DNA of 64,000 nt. Source: an uncultured virus (IMG/VR IMGVR_UViG_3300029945_000007) (lineage: Duplodnaviria > Heunggongvirae > Uroviricota > Caudoviricetes). The notes under the pieces are model-generated. The model saw nothing but the letters and a program-made list of their open reading frames with translations, had not been told where the DNA came from and made no database searches. Below, in pieces: positions 8,505 to 18,875 of this stretch (position 1 is its first letter; each line of letters starts with the position of its first letter). The stretch lies in the IMG/VR virus record IMGVR_UViG_3300029945_000007. The stretch is one strand, 5' to 3'. A program made the position numbers and the translations under genes.

Positions 8505-9092
8505 ATGGAAAAAGATTACATCTGGGAAAACTTGGCGGACGCTTTGATGTTCGCATTCCGATTCAGCAGCCAGCAGTACGCAAAGGTGCAAAAAGTCGAT
8601 CCGACGCCATTGGGGAATGGCTTGGGACTGATTGGCATCGATGGCGCCGCGCAGGCGGGTTTTATCGCTTACATGGCCTTCGAGCTTGGCAAGGTCAAAG
8701 AGGCCGCGCTGGTGGCGAGGTTTGGCAGCCCATATGACGAGGATGCTGGGCGCTGCGAGTGCTGCGGGCGGGCGGAATTGTCAGATGGATTTAGGGGATC
8801 GTGCGTGCTGCTGGCGACGAACATCGCAATGCCTGCGGCAGAGACTATCCATGAGCGCATGGCGCGCGAGCTGGTGATGCGCCACTTTCTGCCCTCGACA
8901 GCCAAGCGGACATTCGCCAGCATTGCGACACAGTTCTCTGAGGGCGAGGACAAGGTAAAGAAGGCATTTTACAAAGTGGCCAACGCACTCAAGACCCTGG
9001 AGTCGCAAGCCCAAGCCAATATGGCGGATGTTTTGTGCGAGTCGGGCGTGGTGAAAAGCAGTGTGGGGAAAACACACAAAAAAGCCGCTTAA
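8505..9092 (+). CDS. Late antiterminator (Q-position protein)
   Basis: Last early-right gene, CECCG Zn motif, followed by a strong promoter and terminator. Confidence 0.65.
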   Translation: MEKDYIWENLADALMFAFRFSSQQYAKVQKVDPTPLGNGLGLIGIDGAAQAGFIAYMAFELGKVKEAALVARFGSPYDEDAGRCECCGRAELSDGFRGSCVLLATNIAMPAAETIHERMARELVMRHFLPSTAKRTFASIATQFSEGEDKVKKAFYKVANALKTLESQAQANMADVLCESGVVKSSVGKTHKKAA

Positions 9093-9115
9093 ATCCATCG
9101 GCTATCCATTTAAGC

Positions 9116-9144
9116 TTGATCGGCACGATCTTCGTGCGTATAAT
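9116..9144 (+). promoter_or_regulatory. Late promoter pR'
   Basis: TTGATC-17 nt-TATAAT with the palindrome GCACGA-tct-TCGTGC in the spacer. Confidence 0.75.
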
Positions 9145-9182
9145 TCATAATTAGATACATTGCATAATTGCGCTTGTATATT

Positions 9183-9230
9183 AAACCCGGCAAAAAACGG
9201 CCCTCTCGGCTGGATCTGGCCGGGTTTTTT
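9183..9230 (+). terminator. tR'-like terminator
   Basis: AAACCCGGC...GCCGGGTTT followed by a T run, downstream of pR'. Confidence 0.55.
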
Positions 9231-9295
9231 GCGTTTGGATCAGGTGTTGCCGTCCGCGCATGCGGCCCGATGTGATCGCCGGGTGATGATTTACC

Positions 9296-9369
9296 GCTGC
9301 GGTAGTTCAGACGGGGAGAACGCCAGCCTTGTAAGCTGGATGTCGTTGGTTCGAGGCCAACCCGCAGCA
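9296..9369 (+). tRNA. tRNA-Thr(UGU), phage-encoded; CCA not encoded
   Basis: Acceptor GCTGCGG/CCGCAGC, D stem GTTC/GAAC, anticodon arm CCAGC-CTTGTAA-GCTGG, T arm GTTGG-TTCGAGG-CCAAC. Confidence 0.88.
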
Positions 9370-9527
9370 CAAATTTCCAAGCCCCACATCTTCCCAGGTG
9401 CTGGGCTTTTGTATTTGAGGTTCACCATGCATAAATCCGTCCCATGGTATGTGTGGCTAGCCGCCTTATGCCTGGCTGGCCCGATTGGCGTTCTGTTCGT
9501 GTGGCTATTCAACCTGGACAATTAAAT

Positions 9528-9728
9528 ATGCACATGGCACACGCCAAAGTCGTTCTCGACGCGCTGCACTTGCGCGAAGGCCAGAACGTGCTCATCGACC
9601 ACAGTGGCGCCGCAAAGGTGACCGAGATCAAGCACGCTAGTATCGTGTTTCGCTTGCTGGACACGCTGCGTGGAAACGATGAGATCGAGCTAAGCCGCCA
9701 GCAGGTGCAAAAGTACGTCAGGGTTTGA
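9528..9728 (+). CDS. Hypothetical protein
   Basis: Compact ORF MHMAHAKVVLDALHL... Confidence 0.45.
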   Translation: MHMAHAKVVLDALHLREGQNVLIDHSGAAKVTEIKHASIVFRLLDTLRGNDEIELSRQQVQKYVRV

Positions 9729-10098
9729 ACAAGCCAGGCGCCGCGCGTTAATTCATTTCCGTGCAGCGCTGGCCACTGGACGCCGGCGCTCCCTGTGTGA
9801 AATACACGAAAACCGGCAACTATTCGAGGACGCGCCATGTACGGGATCCTGACAGACAACTGGGCGACCCTAGCGGGCGAGAAAAGCATCGAGCGTATCC
9901 GCCAGGCGGCCGCCGAGAGCCGACAGGATGTAGAGGACAAAGACGACTATCTGGACGGCGTGCCGGATCGCGGAGCAATGGACGATGAATAAGCATCTGC
10001 CGTGAGGCGCTGCAGGTTTACCGACATATCAAACAGGGCGGCCCTCATGGGGTCGCCTTTTTTATTGGCCGCTGGGCCTATTACTCTGTGAGAAAACC

Positions 10099-10611
10099 AT
10101 GCAAGAACTGACTTTTGAGAACAAGTCGCTCCCTCTTTTTGAGCATGATGGGCGGTTTTGGCTTAGATCTACCGACATTGCCCGCGCACTCGGCTACGCG
10201 AGAACGAACAAAATCGGGCAAATCTTCGCAAGGCACACCTCCGAATTTTCTGCATCAATGACCACGGAAATTCGGGGCCTCAGTTTGGGGTATGGGCAGC
10301 CGCCGATTGAAATGCGCCTATTTAGCCTGCGAGGGGCGCACCTGTTGGGAATGTTTGCCCGCACTTCCAAAGGCGTGGCTTTCCGCCGCTGGGTGCTGGA
10401 CCAGCTTGACGCCATCGAGGCCCAGAAGACCGATAACCGGTCACTAATTGCCGAATGGTACGACGCAAAGGCCAACCTGGATTGCCAAGAGCGATTCGCC
10501 AGTCTCTGTGGGCGTGGACTGAGCGAACACAAGAAACAGAAGCCGCCACTCCTGCAGCGCGTCACGCAGATTGCCGAGAAGATCCAGATGGCGCTGCCTC
10601 TGGTGGCGTGA
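10099..10611 (+). CDS. BRO-N domain protein (antirepressor-like)
   Basis: WLRSTDIARALGY...FSLRGAHLLGMFART...FRRWVLD. Confidence 0.85.
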   Translation: MQELTFENKSLPLFEHDGRFWLRSTDIARALGYARTNKIGQIFARHTSEFSASMTTEIRGLSLGYGQPPIEMRLFSLRGAHLLGMFARTSKGVAFRRWVLDQLDAIEAQKTDNRSLIAEWYDAKANLDCQERFASLCGRGLSEHKKQKPPLLQRVTQIAEKIQMALPLVA

Positions 10612-10620
10612 AACGGGAGC

Positions 10621-10863
10621 CTACAGGTTAGCCGCAGCTTTTACCGCTTCAGCCAAGCACTCAAGGGCGAACTGCTCGGTATAGCTCATGGCGACTGGCG
10701 TCGGCTCCCCATTGACGATTCGCGACCCGTTGAGGATGTAGCGCACGCGCCGGTCAGACACCCCGAGGCGCTTGGCAATCCATGTCTGAGATCTACCGAT
10801 ATCGGCGACAAGTTGTGCGGCGTATTCGGTAGACGGGTTGTAGTTGTCTGCGTTCGGAATCAT
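10621..10863 (-). CDS. Small HTH DNA-binding protein
   Basis: SQTWIAKRLGVSDRRVRYIL. Confidence 0.7.
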   Translation of the reverse strand: MIPNADNYNPSTEYAAQLVADIGRSQTWIAKRLGVSDRRVRYILNGSRIVNGEPTPVAMSYTEQFALECLAEAVKAAANL

Positions 10864-11204
10864 GCGGGCTCCAAAAGAGTAAAGCCCCTTGCGGGGCGGT
10901 ATTAAGCATTCATGTTGAGGTACTTCGAAACCTCGACAGCCAGTTTCAGTAGATCCAGCGCGTCGTGCTTCGGGTCCGCTTTCATTGCGTTGAATTTGGC
11001 ATGCAGGTAGTCGATGACGTGCTGGTTCATGATCTGTACTCCGGGTTCGCCTTCTCGATGTGAGCGGCCTATGAATTCAATATATAGGAACATTGTTCCT
11101 AGTTCAAGCGAATAATCAGCGGGCGGGATGATATTTTGTTCCGGTTGCGCTTTTGCAACTAAATTCCTCGCGAGAAACCAGCACGCCGAGGAGGCGAGAG
11201 CCTC

Positions 11205-11987
11205 ATGGTAACAGACAAGCAAAAGAAGTTCGTCGAGATGTATCTCGGCGAGGCCGAACTGAACGCAACGAAGGCCGCGATCCTTGCTGGATACAGCGCA
11301 AGGAACGCTGACAAAATTGGGCCTGAACTGCTAGGGAAAACTAGGGTTCAGGTTTACATGGCGCAGCGGCGGAAAGAACTGGCCGAGTCAACGGCTGTCA
11401 CGCCTGAGAGAGTGTTGTTGCGCTGGATGGCTCTGGCCGACGTCGATGCAAACGACCTTGTCGAATACCGACGCGATTGCTGCCGACACTGCTGGGGCGA
11501 TGACCATCTGTACCAGTGGACTGACGGTGAATTTACCCAGGCGCAGAAAGAAGCCGACGATAGCGGTGGTGACCAGCCTGATATAGCCGGCGGATTTGGC
11601 TTCACCGCCACTCGGCCGCCGCACCCTGAGTGCCCCGAGTGCTCCGGCGAAGGCCACGGCAAGATTCATGTCCACGATACCCGCAATCTCAAGGGTGCCG
11701 CGCGCGAGTTATACAACGGCGTCCACCAGGGCAAAGACGGGCTGAAGCTGCTGCTGCGCGACCGAGACAAGGCGCTGGAACAAGTCACAAAGATTCTTGG
11801 GATGTACGAAAGCCAGGAAGCGAAGGATCGAGCCCAAGAGCTTCACCGGCTGGAAGTCGAGGCAAAGCGCCTGGCAATTGCCAAGGCCTCCCGAGATCTG
11901 GAAGACCCAGACGACGACAAGCCGACACCTGTGAAGATCGTTGTCGAGGTGAAAGACGCAAGGAAACGCGACGATGCCGAGCCTTAA
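11205..11987 (+). CDS. terS: Terminase small subunit
   Basis: KQKKFVEMYL...NATKAAILAGYS; overlaps terL. Confidence 0.9.
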   Translation: MVTDKQKKFVEMYLGEAELNATKAAILAGYSARNADKIGPELLGKTRVQVYMAQRRKELAESTAVTPERVLLRWMALADVDANDLVEYRRDCCRHCWGDDHLYQWTDGEFTQAQKEADDSGGDQPDIAGGFGFTATRPPHPECPECSGEGHGKIHVHDTRNLKGAARELYNGVHQGKDGLKLLLRDRDKALEQVTKILGMYESQEAKDRAQELHRLEVEAKRLAIAKASRDLEDPDDDKPTPVKIVVEVKDARKRDDAEP

Positions 11988-13260
11988 CGTGCCGCAATCG
12001 CAGTTCCTGGCTATGGATCATAAATTCCGCGCCTATGTGGCTGGGTTCGGCTCCGGCAAGACGTGGGTGGGTTGCGGCGGCCTGATGCAACACTTCTGGG
12101 AGTTTCCGCGAATCAATGCCGGATACTTCGCACCGACTTACCCGCAGATTCGCGACATCTTCTACCCGACCATTGAGGAAGTGGCGTTTGACTGGGGCTT
12201 GAGCGTCAATATCAACGAGTCAAACAAGGAAGTTCACGTTTTTGAGGGCCGGAAGTCGCGAGGCACGATCATTTGCCGGTCGATGGAAAAGCCTGAAACG
12301 ATCATCGGCTTCAAAATTGGCAAGGCGCTGTGCGATGAGTTAGATGTCCTGAAGGCGGAGAAGGCTCAGAACGCCTGGCGCAAAATCATTGCCAGGATGC
12401 GCTACAACGTTGATGGGCTCAGGAATGGCGTGGATGTGACGACGACGCCAGAGGGTTTCAAGTTCGTCTACGACCAGTTCGTCAAACAGATTGCCGCAAA
12501 GCCTGAGCTAGCCACGCTGTACGGGCTTATCCAAGCGTCAACTTTCGATAATGAGCTGAACCTGCCGGCGGACTATATTCCGTCGCTGATTCAATCGTAC
12601 CCGCCGCAACTGATTCTTGCGTATCTGAAGGGCCAGTTCTGCAATCTGGCCTCCGGATCGGTTTACCCATGCTTCGACCGCAAGCTAAACCACTCTGGCG
12701 CCGAGATGAAGCCAGGCGAGCCGCTGCACATCGGCATGGACTTCAATGTCCTGCGCATGGCCGCAGTGGTCTATGTGATCCGCGACGGCAACCCGATAGC
12801 CGTGGATGAACTGGTTGATGTGCGCGACACCCCGGAAATAGCTCGGATGATTGTCGAGCGATGGAAATCCACCGGCCACGCCATCACGATTTATCCGGAC
12901 GCCTCCGGCCAGAACGCGAGCAGCAAGAGCGCCAGTCAGTCCGATCTGTCGATACTTCGGCAATCAGGGTTCGCGCTGCACGTCACCGGAAGTAATCCGG
13001 CGGTGAAAGACCGTGTCCTGGCGACGAACGCCATGCTATTGAACGGACAGGGCGAACGGCGGATGAAGGTCAATATCCATCGCTGTCCGAAGTTTACCGA
13101 AGGCCTAGAACAGCAGGCATACGACAAGAATGGCGAGCCAGACAAAAAAAGCGGCGTTGACCACGTCAATGACGCTGGGACTTACCCAATTGTCCGGCTG
13201 TGGCCAATTATCAAACCATCGAAGGCGCGCTCTACTCACGTTCAGCACATGAATCGATAA
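11974..13260 (+). CDS. terL: Terminase large subunit
   Basis: AGFGSGKT Walker A, CDELD Walker B, GMDFN nuclease motif, DHVNDA. Confidence 0.95.
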   Translation: MPSLNVPQSQFLAMDHKFRAYVAGFGSGKTWVGCGGLMQHFWEFPRINAGYFAPTYPQIRDIFYPTIEEVAFDWGLSVNINESNKEVHVFEGRKSRGTIICRSMEKPETIIGFKIGKALCDELDVLKAEKAQNAWRKIIARMRYNVDGLRNGVDVTTTPEGFKFVYDQFVKQIAAKPELATLYGLIQASTFDNELNLPADYIPSLIQSYPPQLILAYLKGQFCNLASGSVYPCFDRKLNHSGAEMKPGEPLHIGMDFNVLRMAAVVYVIRDGNPIAVDELVDVRDTPEIARMIVERWKSTGHAITIYPDASGQNASSKSASQSDLSILRQSGFALHVTGSNPAVKDRVLATNAMLLNGQGERRMKVNIHRCPKFTEGLEQQAYDKNGEPDKKSGVDHVNDAGTYPIVRLWPIIKPSKARSTHVQHMNR

Positions 13261-13270
13261 CAGGATCCCT

Positions 13271-14734
13271 ATGTACAAAACCATCCAGTCAAAATGGGAT
13301 CAGGACACCGATATGCCCGCGCGCACGTTCCGGCTGCAGATGCTGCGGCGCGTGCTAGATGGGACCATGTATGACAAGTTGCCTCACCCGTTCCATACCG
13401 AGACGACCGGCGCAAACGAGTATGTCCCGCTACGAGACCGGCGCCCAAGCGTACGCACGAACCTTTGCCGTACGGTTGTTGATGATGCGGTTGCGCTACT
13501 TTTCTCCGAGGGAAATTTCCCGGCAGTAGAGTTGCCAAATCCAGAACAAAAAGCGCAGATGAAGCGCCTTCTCGATGAGATTGGGCTGAACCAAGTCATG
13601 ATCGACGCCGCCACGCGCGGTGCGGTCGGTAGTATCGCCATCGTGCTCAAAGTGCTCAAAGGCCGTGCTTTCCTGTCCGTGATGGACACGGACACGCTGA
13701 CGCCGCAATGGGATCCAGACGCGCCCGACACGCTGATCTCAGTCACGGAGAAATACAAGGTTAGCGGTCAGAGTTTGAGCGATAGCGGCTACGCAATAAA
13801 GGATGATGACCTTGGCGCGACGTTCTGGTTTCAGCGGGTTTGGGATACGTCGCAAGAGGCTTGGTACACGCCATGGAAGATCGTAGACAAGAAGGTCGCG
13901 CCAGAGATAGACGTCAAGCGGTCGGTTGAGCACAAGCTTGGTTTTGTGCCGGTTGCCTGGGTAAAGAACCTACCTGGCGGTGATGGTATCGACGGCGCAT
14001 CAACACTTCATCCCGAGGCGATCGACTGCCAAATTGAAGTCGATTATCAGCTGTCACAGGCTGGCCGCGGGCTAAAATTCATGTCAGACCCCACGCTGGT
14101 CATCAAAGAGGAGGGCGGTGGCGATGATGATGAAGATAGCTCACCGCGCGTCAAAGGGGCCGCAAATGCCCTGATGCTGGGCGCGGAAGATGATGCCAAG
14201 CTGCTGGAGATCAACGGTGATGGCGTTGCAGCCGTCATTGATTACGTTAAGCATCTGCGCGAAATCGCCCTCGAAACCATGCACGGCAATCGCGCAAGCA
14301 ACGAGAAAATCGCCGCCGCGCAGTCTGGCCGAGCCATGGAGTTGATGAATCAGCCCTTAGTATGGCTGGCCGACAAGCTGCGGATTAGCTACGGGAAAGG
14401 CGCAATTGTTGACCTTGTGACAATGATTATTCGAGCCTCTGAGCAGATTGCCTTGGTTTACAAGGATGGCTTAAAGGTTGGCAAGTTCGACGCTGGCGCC
14501 ATTGTCTCCTTACGATGGCCCGTTTGGTATGCGCCAACCCTGCAGGACATGCTTAACCGCGCCACAACTCTAAAAACGCTTTGCGACGCGGGCCTGCTGA
14601 GCCGTGAAACAGCAATCAAGATCCTCTCTGCTGAATACGACATTGAAGACGCTAACGCTGAAAAGCTGTTAGCCGATGCCGATATGGCCGCGCGCAATGA
14701 AAACGCGCAGGTTAAGGCACAGATCAACGAATGA
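13271..14734 (+). CDS. Portal protein
   Basis: 487 aa directly after terL; SGRAME and LLSRETAI motifs. Confidence 0.85.
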   Translation: MYKTIQSKWDQDTDMPARTFRLQMLRRVLDGTMYDKLPHPFHTETTGANEYVPLRDRRPSVRTNLCRTVVDDAVALLFSEGNFPAVELPNPEQKAQMKRLLDEIGLNQVMIDAATRGAVGSIAIVLKVLKGRAFLSVMDTDTLTPQWDPDAPDTLISVTEKYKVSGQSLSDSGYAIKDDDLGATFWFQRVWDTSQEAWYTPWKIVDKKVAPEIDVKRSVEHKLGFVPVAWVKNLPGGDGIDGASTLHPEAIDCQIEVDYQLSQAGRGLKFMSDPTLVIKEEGGGDDDEDSSPRVKGAANALMLGAEDDAKLLEINGDGVAAVIDYVKHLREIALETMHGNRASNEKIAAAQSGRAMELMNQPLVWLADKLRISYGKGAIVDLVTMIIRASEQIALVYKDGLKVGKFDAGAIVSLRWPVWYAPTLQDMLNRATTLKTLCDAGLLSRETAIKILSAEYDIEDANAEKLLADADMAARNENAQVKAQINE

Positions 14735-14742
14735 GGCCATAA

Positions 14743-15645
14743 ATGGCTTCCCAGGTAAAGTTCAACGTAAGCACCCCGGGCGAGACCGGCAATTCTGCCG
14801 CTGGCGTGGTTGTCATGGCCATAGATGCGGGCGGTACGCCGCATGCTGCCAGTCAGGCAAACCCCGTACCAGTGGTCGATGCGTTTCAGGCGCCGGTTGC
14901 CTCCAATTGGACATCAGCAACACCGCTAAACACCTCCTTCACAATGGCGACTGGAGGGATGGATCAGGTTGTTGTGACCATCGTGCCGCCGGCCGGGCTG
15001 ACGGGTGGTGTTGTCGGCTTCCAAGTCTATGATGGCGCGACGTGGATTCCGGTAAAAGCAGCCAGAACTGACAGCTACCAAACTGACAGCTCATTTTCCT
15101 TGTCCGGCAGCCCCGGGACTCACGCATGGTAAGTGTCCGTCGCCGGTTTCCCGCAATTCAGGTTTGTGCTGACTTCTTCCATTGTTGGAGCCGGCACTGT
15201 CGTTATGACGACCATTGTCAGTTCTGTCCCTGATGTGTCTATTGTGACCGCCGGCATTGACCCGTCATCTCTGCTGCCGACGTTTGCCGCCAGTGCGACG
15301 CCCACAGGCTTGTCGACCTACCGAGCATTTTGCGCAGCGGCAACCACGCCGGTGGCGGTCAAGGCATCTGCCGGGAAAATACACAAGGTGCACTGCATCA
15401 ACGCTGCAGCCAGCGCTCGATACCTGAAAATTTACAACCTAGCCCAGGGTAGCGTTGTTGTGGGGACGACTGTCCCTGCCCGCACGCTGCAACTGCCTGC
15501 ATCCTCCCAGTCGTTTTTTGATCTTAACGATATTGGATTGTCGCTTTCGGCGGCAATCACGATCGCTATCACTCAAAACTTGGCCGATACCGACACCACC
15601 GCCCCGGCGGCGGCTGATGTTCTGACGCAGATCGATTACGTTTAA
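14743..15645 (+). pseudogene. Virion-protein-like gene interrupted by a single in-frame TAA (15130-15132)
   Basis: ORFs 14743-15132 and 15133-15645 are in one frame: TGG TAA GTG, with no obvious RBS for the second. Confidence 0.6.
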
Positions 15646-15719
15646 CCAGTAAACCTGGCTTGATGCCAGAAACCAACCACGCCCGCTAGATGCGGGCTTT
15701 TTTATTTTGTGAGGGCCAG

Positions 15720-16337
15720 ATGCTCAATCGTCGATTTTTTAACCGCCAGACCCGCCTGATGTCCGAAGAGCCCAGCGTTGCCGCTGCTCCGGTGACTCAG
15801 CAGGCCGCTGCTCCAGTACAGGGCAAGGAAACGTTCTCTCGCGAGTATGTGCAAGAGCTGCGCCAGGAAAACGCCAGCTACCGCACTCGCGCCGCAGAAG
15901 CTGAAAAGAAGGCTCAGGAAGCCGTCGATGCAGCGAAGAAGGCGCAAGAGGACGCAGAAGCGAAGGCCGCGAAGGCCGCTGCCGAGGCGGATGCTCGCGT
16001 AACGGAAACGCACACCAAGGCCGAACAGCGAATCATTCGCGCCGAGCTGAAGGCAGAAGCCATCAAGGCAGGCATGGTTGATCTGGATGGACTAAAACTC
16101 GCCGACCTGTCGAGCATCGCGCTCGACGAAAAAGGCGACGTTGTTGGCGCAGAAGCGCTGATGACTTCGCTTAAAGAGGCAAAACCGTATCTCTTTGGTG
16201 CGAAAACTACCACCTCTCAAACCAAAGAGCCCCCCAGGAAAGAAGAGCCGAAGCCCTTCAATGCGAATACAGCATCCCAAGAAGAGCGGGACGCCAAGGC
16301 GCGTGAACTGGGGCTTTCTCCGCTCAAAAAACGTTAA
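15720..16337 (+). CDS. Capsid scaffolding protein
   Basis: Coiled coil, LRQENASYR and KPYLF motifs, precedes the capsid gene. Confidence 0.8.
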   Translation: MLNRRFFNRQTRLMSEEPSVAAAPVTQQAAAPVQGKETFSREYVQELRQENASYRTRAAEAEKKAQEAVDAAKKAQEDAEAKAAKAAAEADARVTETHTKAEQRIIRAELKAEAIKAGMVDLDGLKLADLSSIALDEKGDVVGAEALMTSLKEAKPYLFGAKTTTSQTKEPPRKEEPKPFNANTASQEERDAKARELGLSPLKKR

Positions 16338-16411
16338 GCAATACCCGCAGCCCGTGAGTCCTGACGACGAGGGCAAGACAGAACAAACCAATCGTTTAAG
16401 GACTCACACTC

Positions 16412-17773
16412 ATGGCACTTAATAACCTGCCGACCGCGCTGCAGAGCGTCATTCAAGCTGGATTTCTTGAGCATCAATTTGGACTGCCGCTCAAGGCAAA
16501 ACTCGGTTTCCGCGAGATTGCTGACCGCGAGCCGTTCACGGCGAACATTGGTGAAACGATCACCAAGACCCGCACTGGGCTGCTGCCGGCCATCACCACC
16601 CCGATGGCGCCTGCCGCGAATAGCGACATCACCAGCGGCCTGACTGGCCAGAACTTCAGCGTTGAGCAGTACATCCTGCAAGTGGCTCAATACGGCGCGC
16701 CGGCATACCTCAATATCGTGACTCAACGGGTTGCGATTGCCGATATTTTCCTGCGCAACGCTTGGACTTTGGGCGAGCAGGCGTTCCGCTCGGTCGATAC
16801 TCTGGCTCAGCAGGCTCTGTATAACACCTATATGGGCGGCAATACTCGCGTGCGCGTCACCCTTGGCTCGCCGGACGTGACCATCGCTGTTGATGATGTG
16901 CGCGGCTTCCAGACCACGCTGAACAGCGCAGGCCAGGTAGTTAACGTCTCCGCCGGCAATCCGGTAAATGTCACCGTTGGCGCCGACGTGTACAGCCTGA
17001 CTGGCGTTGCCGTGGACGGAACCAATGTCTCCACCGCGCCCGGCGGCGTGTCCGGCACCCTGACTTTCTCGGCCAGCGTTTCTGTGTTGGACGGCACGGC
17101 GCTGAATGCAGTTGTCTCCGCTATCGCTCCGTATGTGATCCGCCCGAGCCTGTCCGCCACCAACGTGATGGCAGCAACCACCGCAGCGATCTCCGGTGCG
17201 AACGACATCAACCTTGGCAAGCTGACCATGCAAATGGTTCTGACCGCCAAGGCCACCATGTCGGCGAACGGCGCCCCGCCTGTTGATGCGACCGGTATGT
17301 ACCACCTGTACATCGACCCGATTCAAGCGACCGGTTTGTATAACGATCCGGCCTTCCAGCAGTTCTTCCGCGGGCAGGTGACGTCGGAAGAATACAAGAA
17401 GGGCATCATCGCCGAAATGCTGGGCGTGCGCATCATCGAAACCAACCTGAACCCGGTGCAAACCCTGTCTGGCGTTGGTGTTGTTCGACGTGGCATCTTG
17501 GTCGGCCAAGGCGCGCTGGTTGAAGGCGAGTTCACTAATTCCGCGTACACCGAGGCATTGGCAGGCGTAGATCGTGACGACATGATTGCAATTATCGATG
17601 GCGTTGCCCACATCACTCGCGAGCCGCTGGACGTCCTGAAACAGGTTGTTACCCAAACCTGGAGCTATATCGGCGGCTTCGTTGTCCCGTCTGATACCCT
17701 GGCCAACCCGACTACGATCCCGACCGCGAACAATAGCGCCTACAAGCGCGGTATTTTGCTGGAATCGCTGTAA
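16412..17773 (+). CDS. Major capsid protein
   Basis: 453 aa after the scaffold; YHLYIDP, MLGVRIIET, DVLKQVVTQTW patterns. Confidence 0.85.
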   Translation: MALNNLPTALQSVIQAGFLEHQFGLPLKAKLGFREIADREPFTANIGETITKTRTGLLPAITTPMAPAANSDITSGLTGQNFSVEQYILQVAQYGAPAYLNIVTQRVAIADIFLRNAWTLGEQAFRSVDTLAQQALYNTYMGGNTRVRVTLGSPDVTIAVDDVRGFQTTLNSAGQVVNVSAGNPVNVTVGADVYSLTGVAVDGTNVSTAPGGVSGTLTFSASVSVLDGTALNAVVSAIAPYVIRPSLSATNVMAATTAAISGANDINLGKLTMQMVLTAKATMSANGAPPVDATGMYHLYIDPIQATGLYNDPAFQQFFRGQVTSEEYKKGIIAEMLGVRIIETNLNPVQTLSGVGVVRRGILVGQGALVEGEFTNSAYTEALAGVDRDDMIAIIDGVAHITREPLDVLKQVVTQTWSYIGGFVVPSDTLANPTTIPTANNSAYKRGILLESL

Positions 17774-17821
17774 TCAAGGCAGGGCGGCTTAGCGGCTGCC
17801 CTGTTTTTTCTGGAGAAGACA

Positions 17822-18103
17822 ATGCCCGAAGAATTAATTGAGCCGGCCGGATTGGTCGGAGACACCGAAGCGCAACAAGGCAAGCCGAAGCCTGCGCGCA
17901 AACCGAAAAAGTCTGAGGCAGTAGAGCAGGGTGACACAGAAAAGCGCATTGTTTTTGTGCTCCAAAAAACTCAAAGCATCGTGAATGAGTGCCGTGATTT
18001 TGTGCTGCACAAAGCCGGCGAAAAATTCGATGCAATCGACGATGCGGCAACGATTTCTGCATTAGCCCGCGCTGGCGCACCGCTCGAACAGATCGAGGAA
18101 TAG
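17822..18103 (+). CDS. Hypothetical head-region protein
   Basis: GGAG RBS; directly follows the capsid gene. Confidence 0.6.
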   Translation: MPEELIEPAGLVGDTEAQQGKPKPARKPKKSEAVEQGDTEKRIVFVLQKTQSIVNECRDFVLHKAGEKFDAIDDAATISALARAGAPLEQIEE

Positions 18104-18105
18104 TT

Positions 18106-18501
18106 ATGGCCTTCGTCCCGTTCGTGCCCACGAGCGCCCAGCTTGTGGACGTGCGCCGATTCTGCGGGTACCCGCTTTATGGCGATGGCGCGGTCGTGTT
18201 CCCGGCCCCGTGGATCATGCGCCAGTACCTTGCATTGGAGTATCGCATGCAGCACATGAGCGTCGATGAAGGGGCGGTGCTGGTCAATACCTACCTGACT
18301 AATCTCTACACGCTGGAGTCGGCGATCCCTGGTGCAAGCGCGAACCTGGACACCGATGAGGCCGCAGTCTGGAAGCATAACAAAAACGAAGTACGCGACC
18401 GTGAGCGCCTGCTGAACCTATGGCGCCGAAAGCTGTGCAACTTCATGGGCATTCCGCCCGGGCCAAACTTTGGCGGCAATCGCGGCGCGATGGTGGTGTG
18501 A
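18106..18501 (+). CDS. Putative head-tail adaptor
   Basis: Position and size. Confidence 0.6.
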   Translation: MAFVPFVPTSAQLVDVRRFCGYPLYGDGAVVFPAPWIMRQYLALEYRMQHMSVDEGAVLVNTYLTNLYTLESAIPGASANLDTDEAAVWKHNKNEVRDRERLLNLWRRKLCNFMGIPPGPNFGGNRGAMVV

Positions 18502-18875
18502 TGAAAAAGGTTATCTGGTGCGATCGAGGCTGGCTGCCTGTGAGTTTCGGTTTTTGCCCAAGCGAAAAGGCATGGACGCGGGCCATGAAGTTGCTTCGCG
18601 TCGCCGGTAGCGAATACCCGGTAATGGATGGTTGCACATCAGCCTTTGATGGGCCAAATGGGCAGTTGGTTGTCATCGTTACCATTTCTGAACGGATAAG
18701 TGACAAAGACGGCGTTGGTGTGGTCGGCTTAATCGTCCATGAGGCTACACACGTCTGGCAGTTTATTTGCAGTCAGATCGGCGAGGATCGGCCCTCAAGG
18801 GAAATGGAGGCGTATGCCATGCAAGCCATCACCATGGGGTTGTTAAGAGCCTACCGAGAAAGCCGAGGCAAGTAA
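18501..18875 (+). CDS. Hypothetical protein with HExxH motif
   Basis: VHEATH...EMEAY; coupled at both ends. Confidence 0.6.
   Translation: MKKVIWCDRGWLPVSFGFCPSEKAWTRAMKLLRVAGSEYPVMDGCTSAFDGPNGQLVVIVTISERISDKDGVGVVGLIVHEATHVWQFICSQIGEDRPSREMEAYAMQAITMGLLRAYRESRGK

Noticed and set aside
16334..17656. 440-aa minus-strand ORF and similar long shadow ORFs (e.g. 21527-22483, 40365-41135, 53294-54055)
   Set aside because: They overlap well-supported genes on the opposite strand and show no recognisable motifs.
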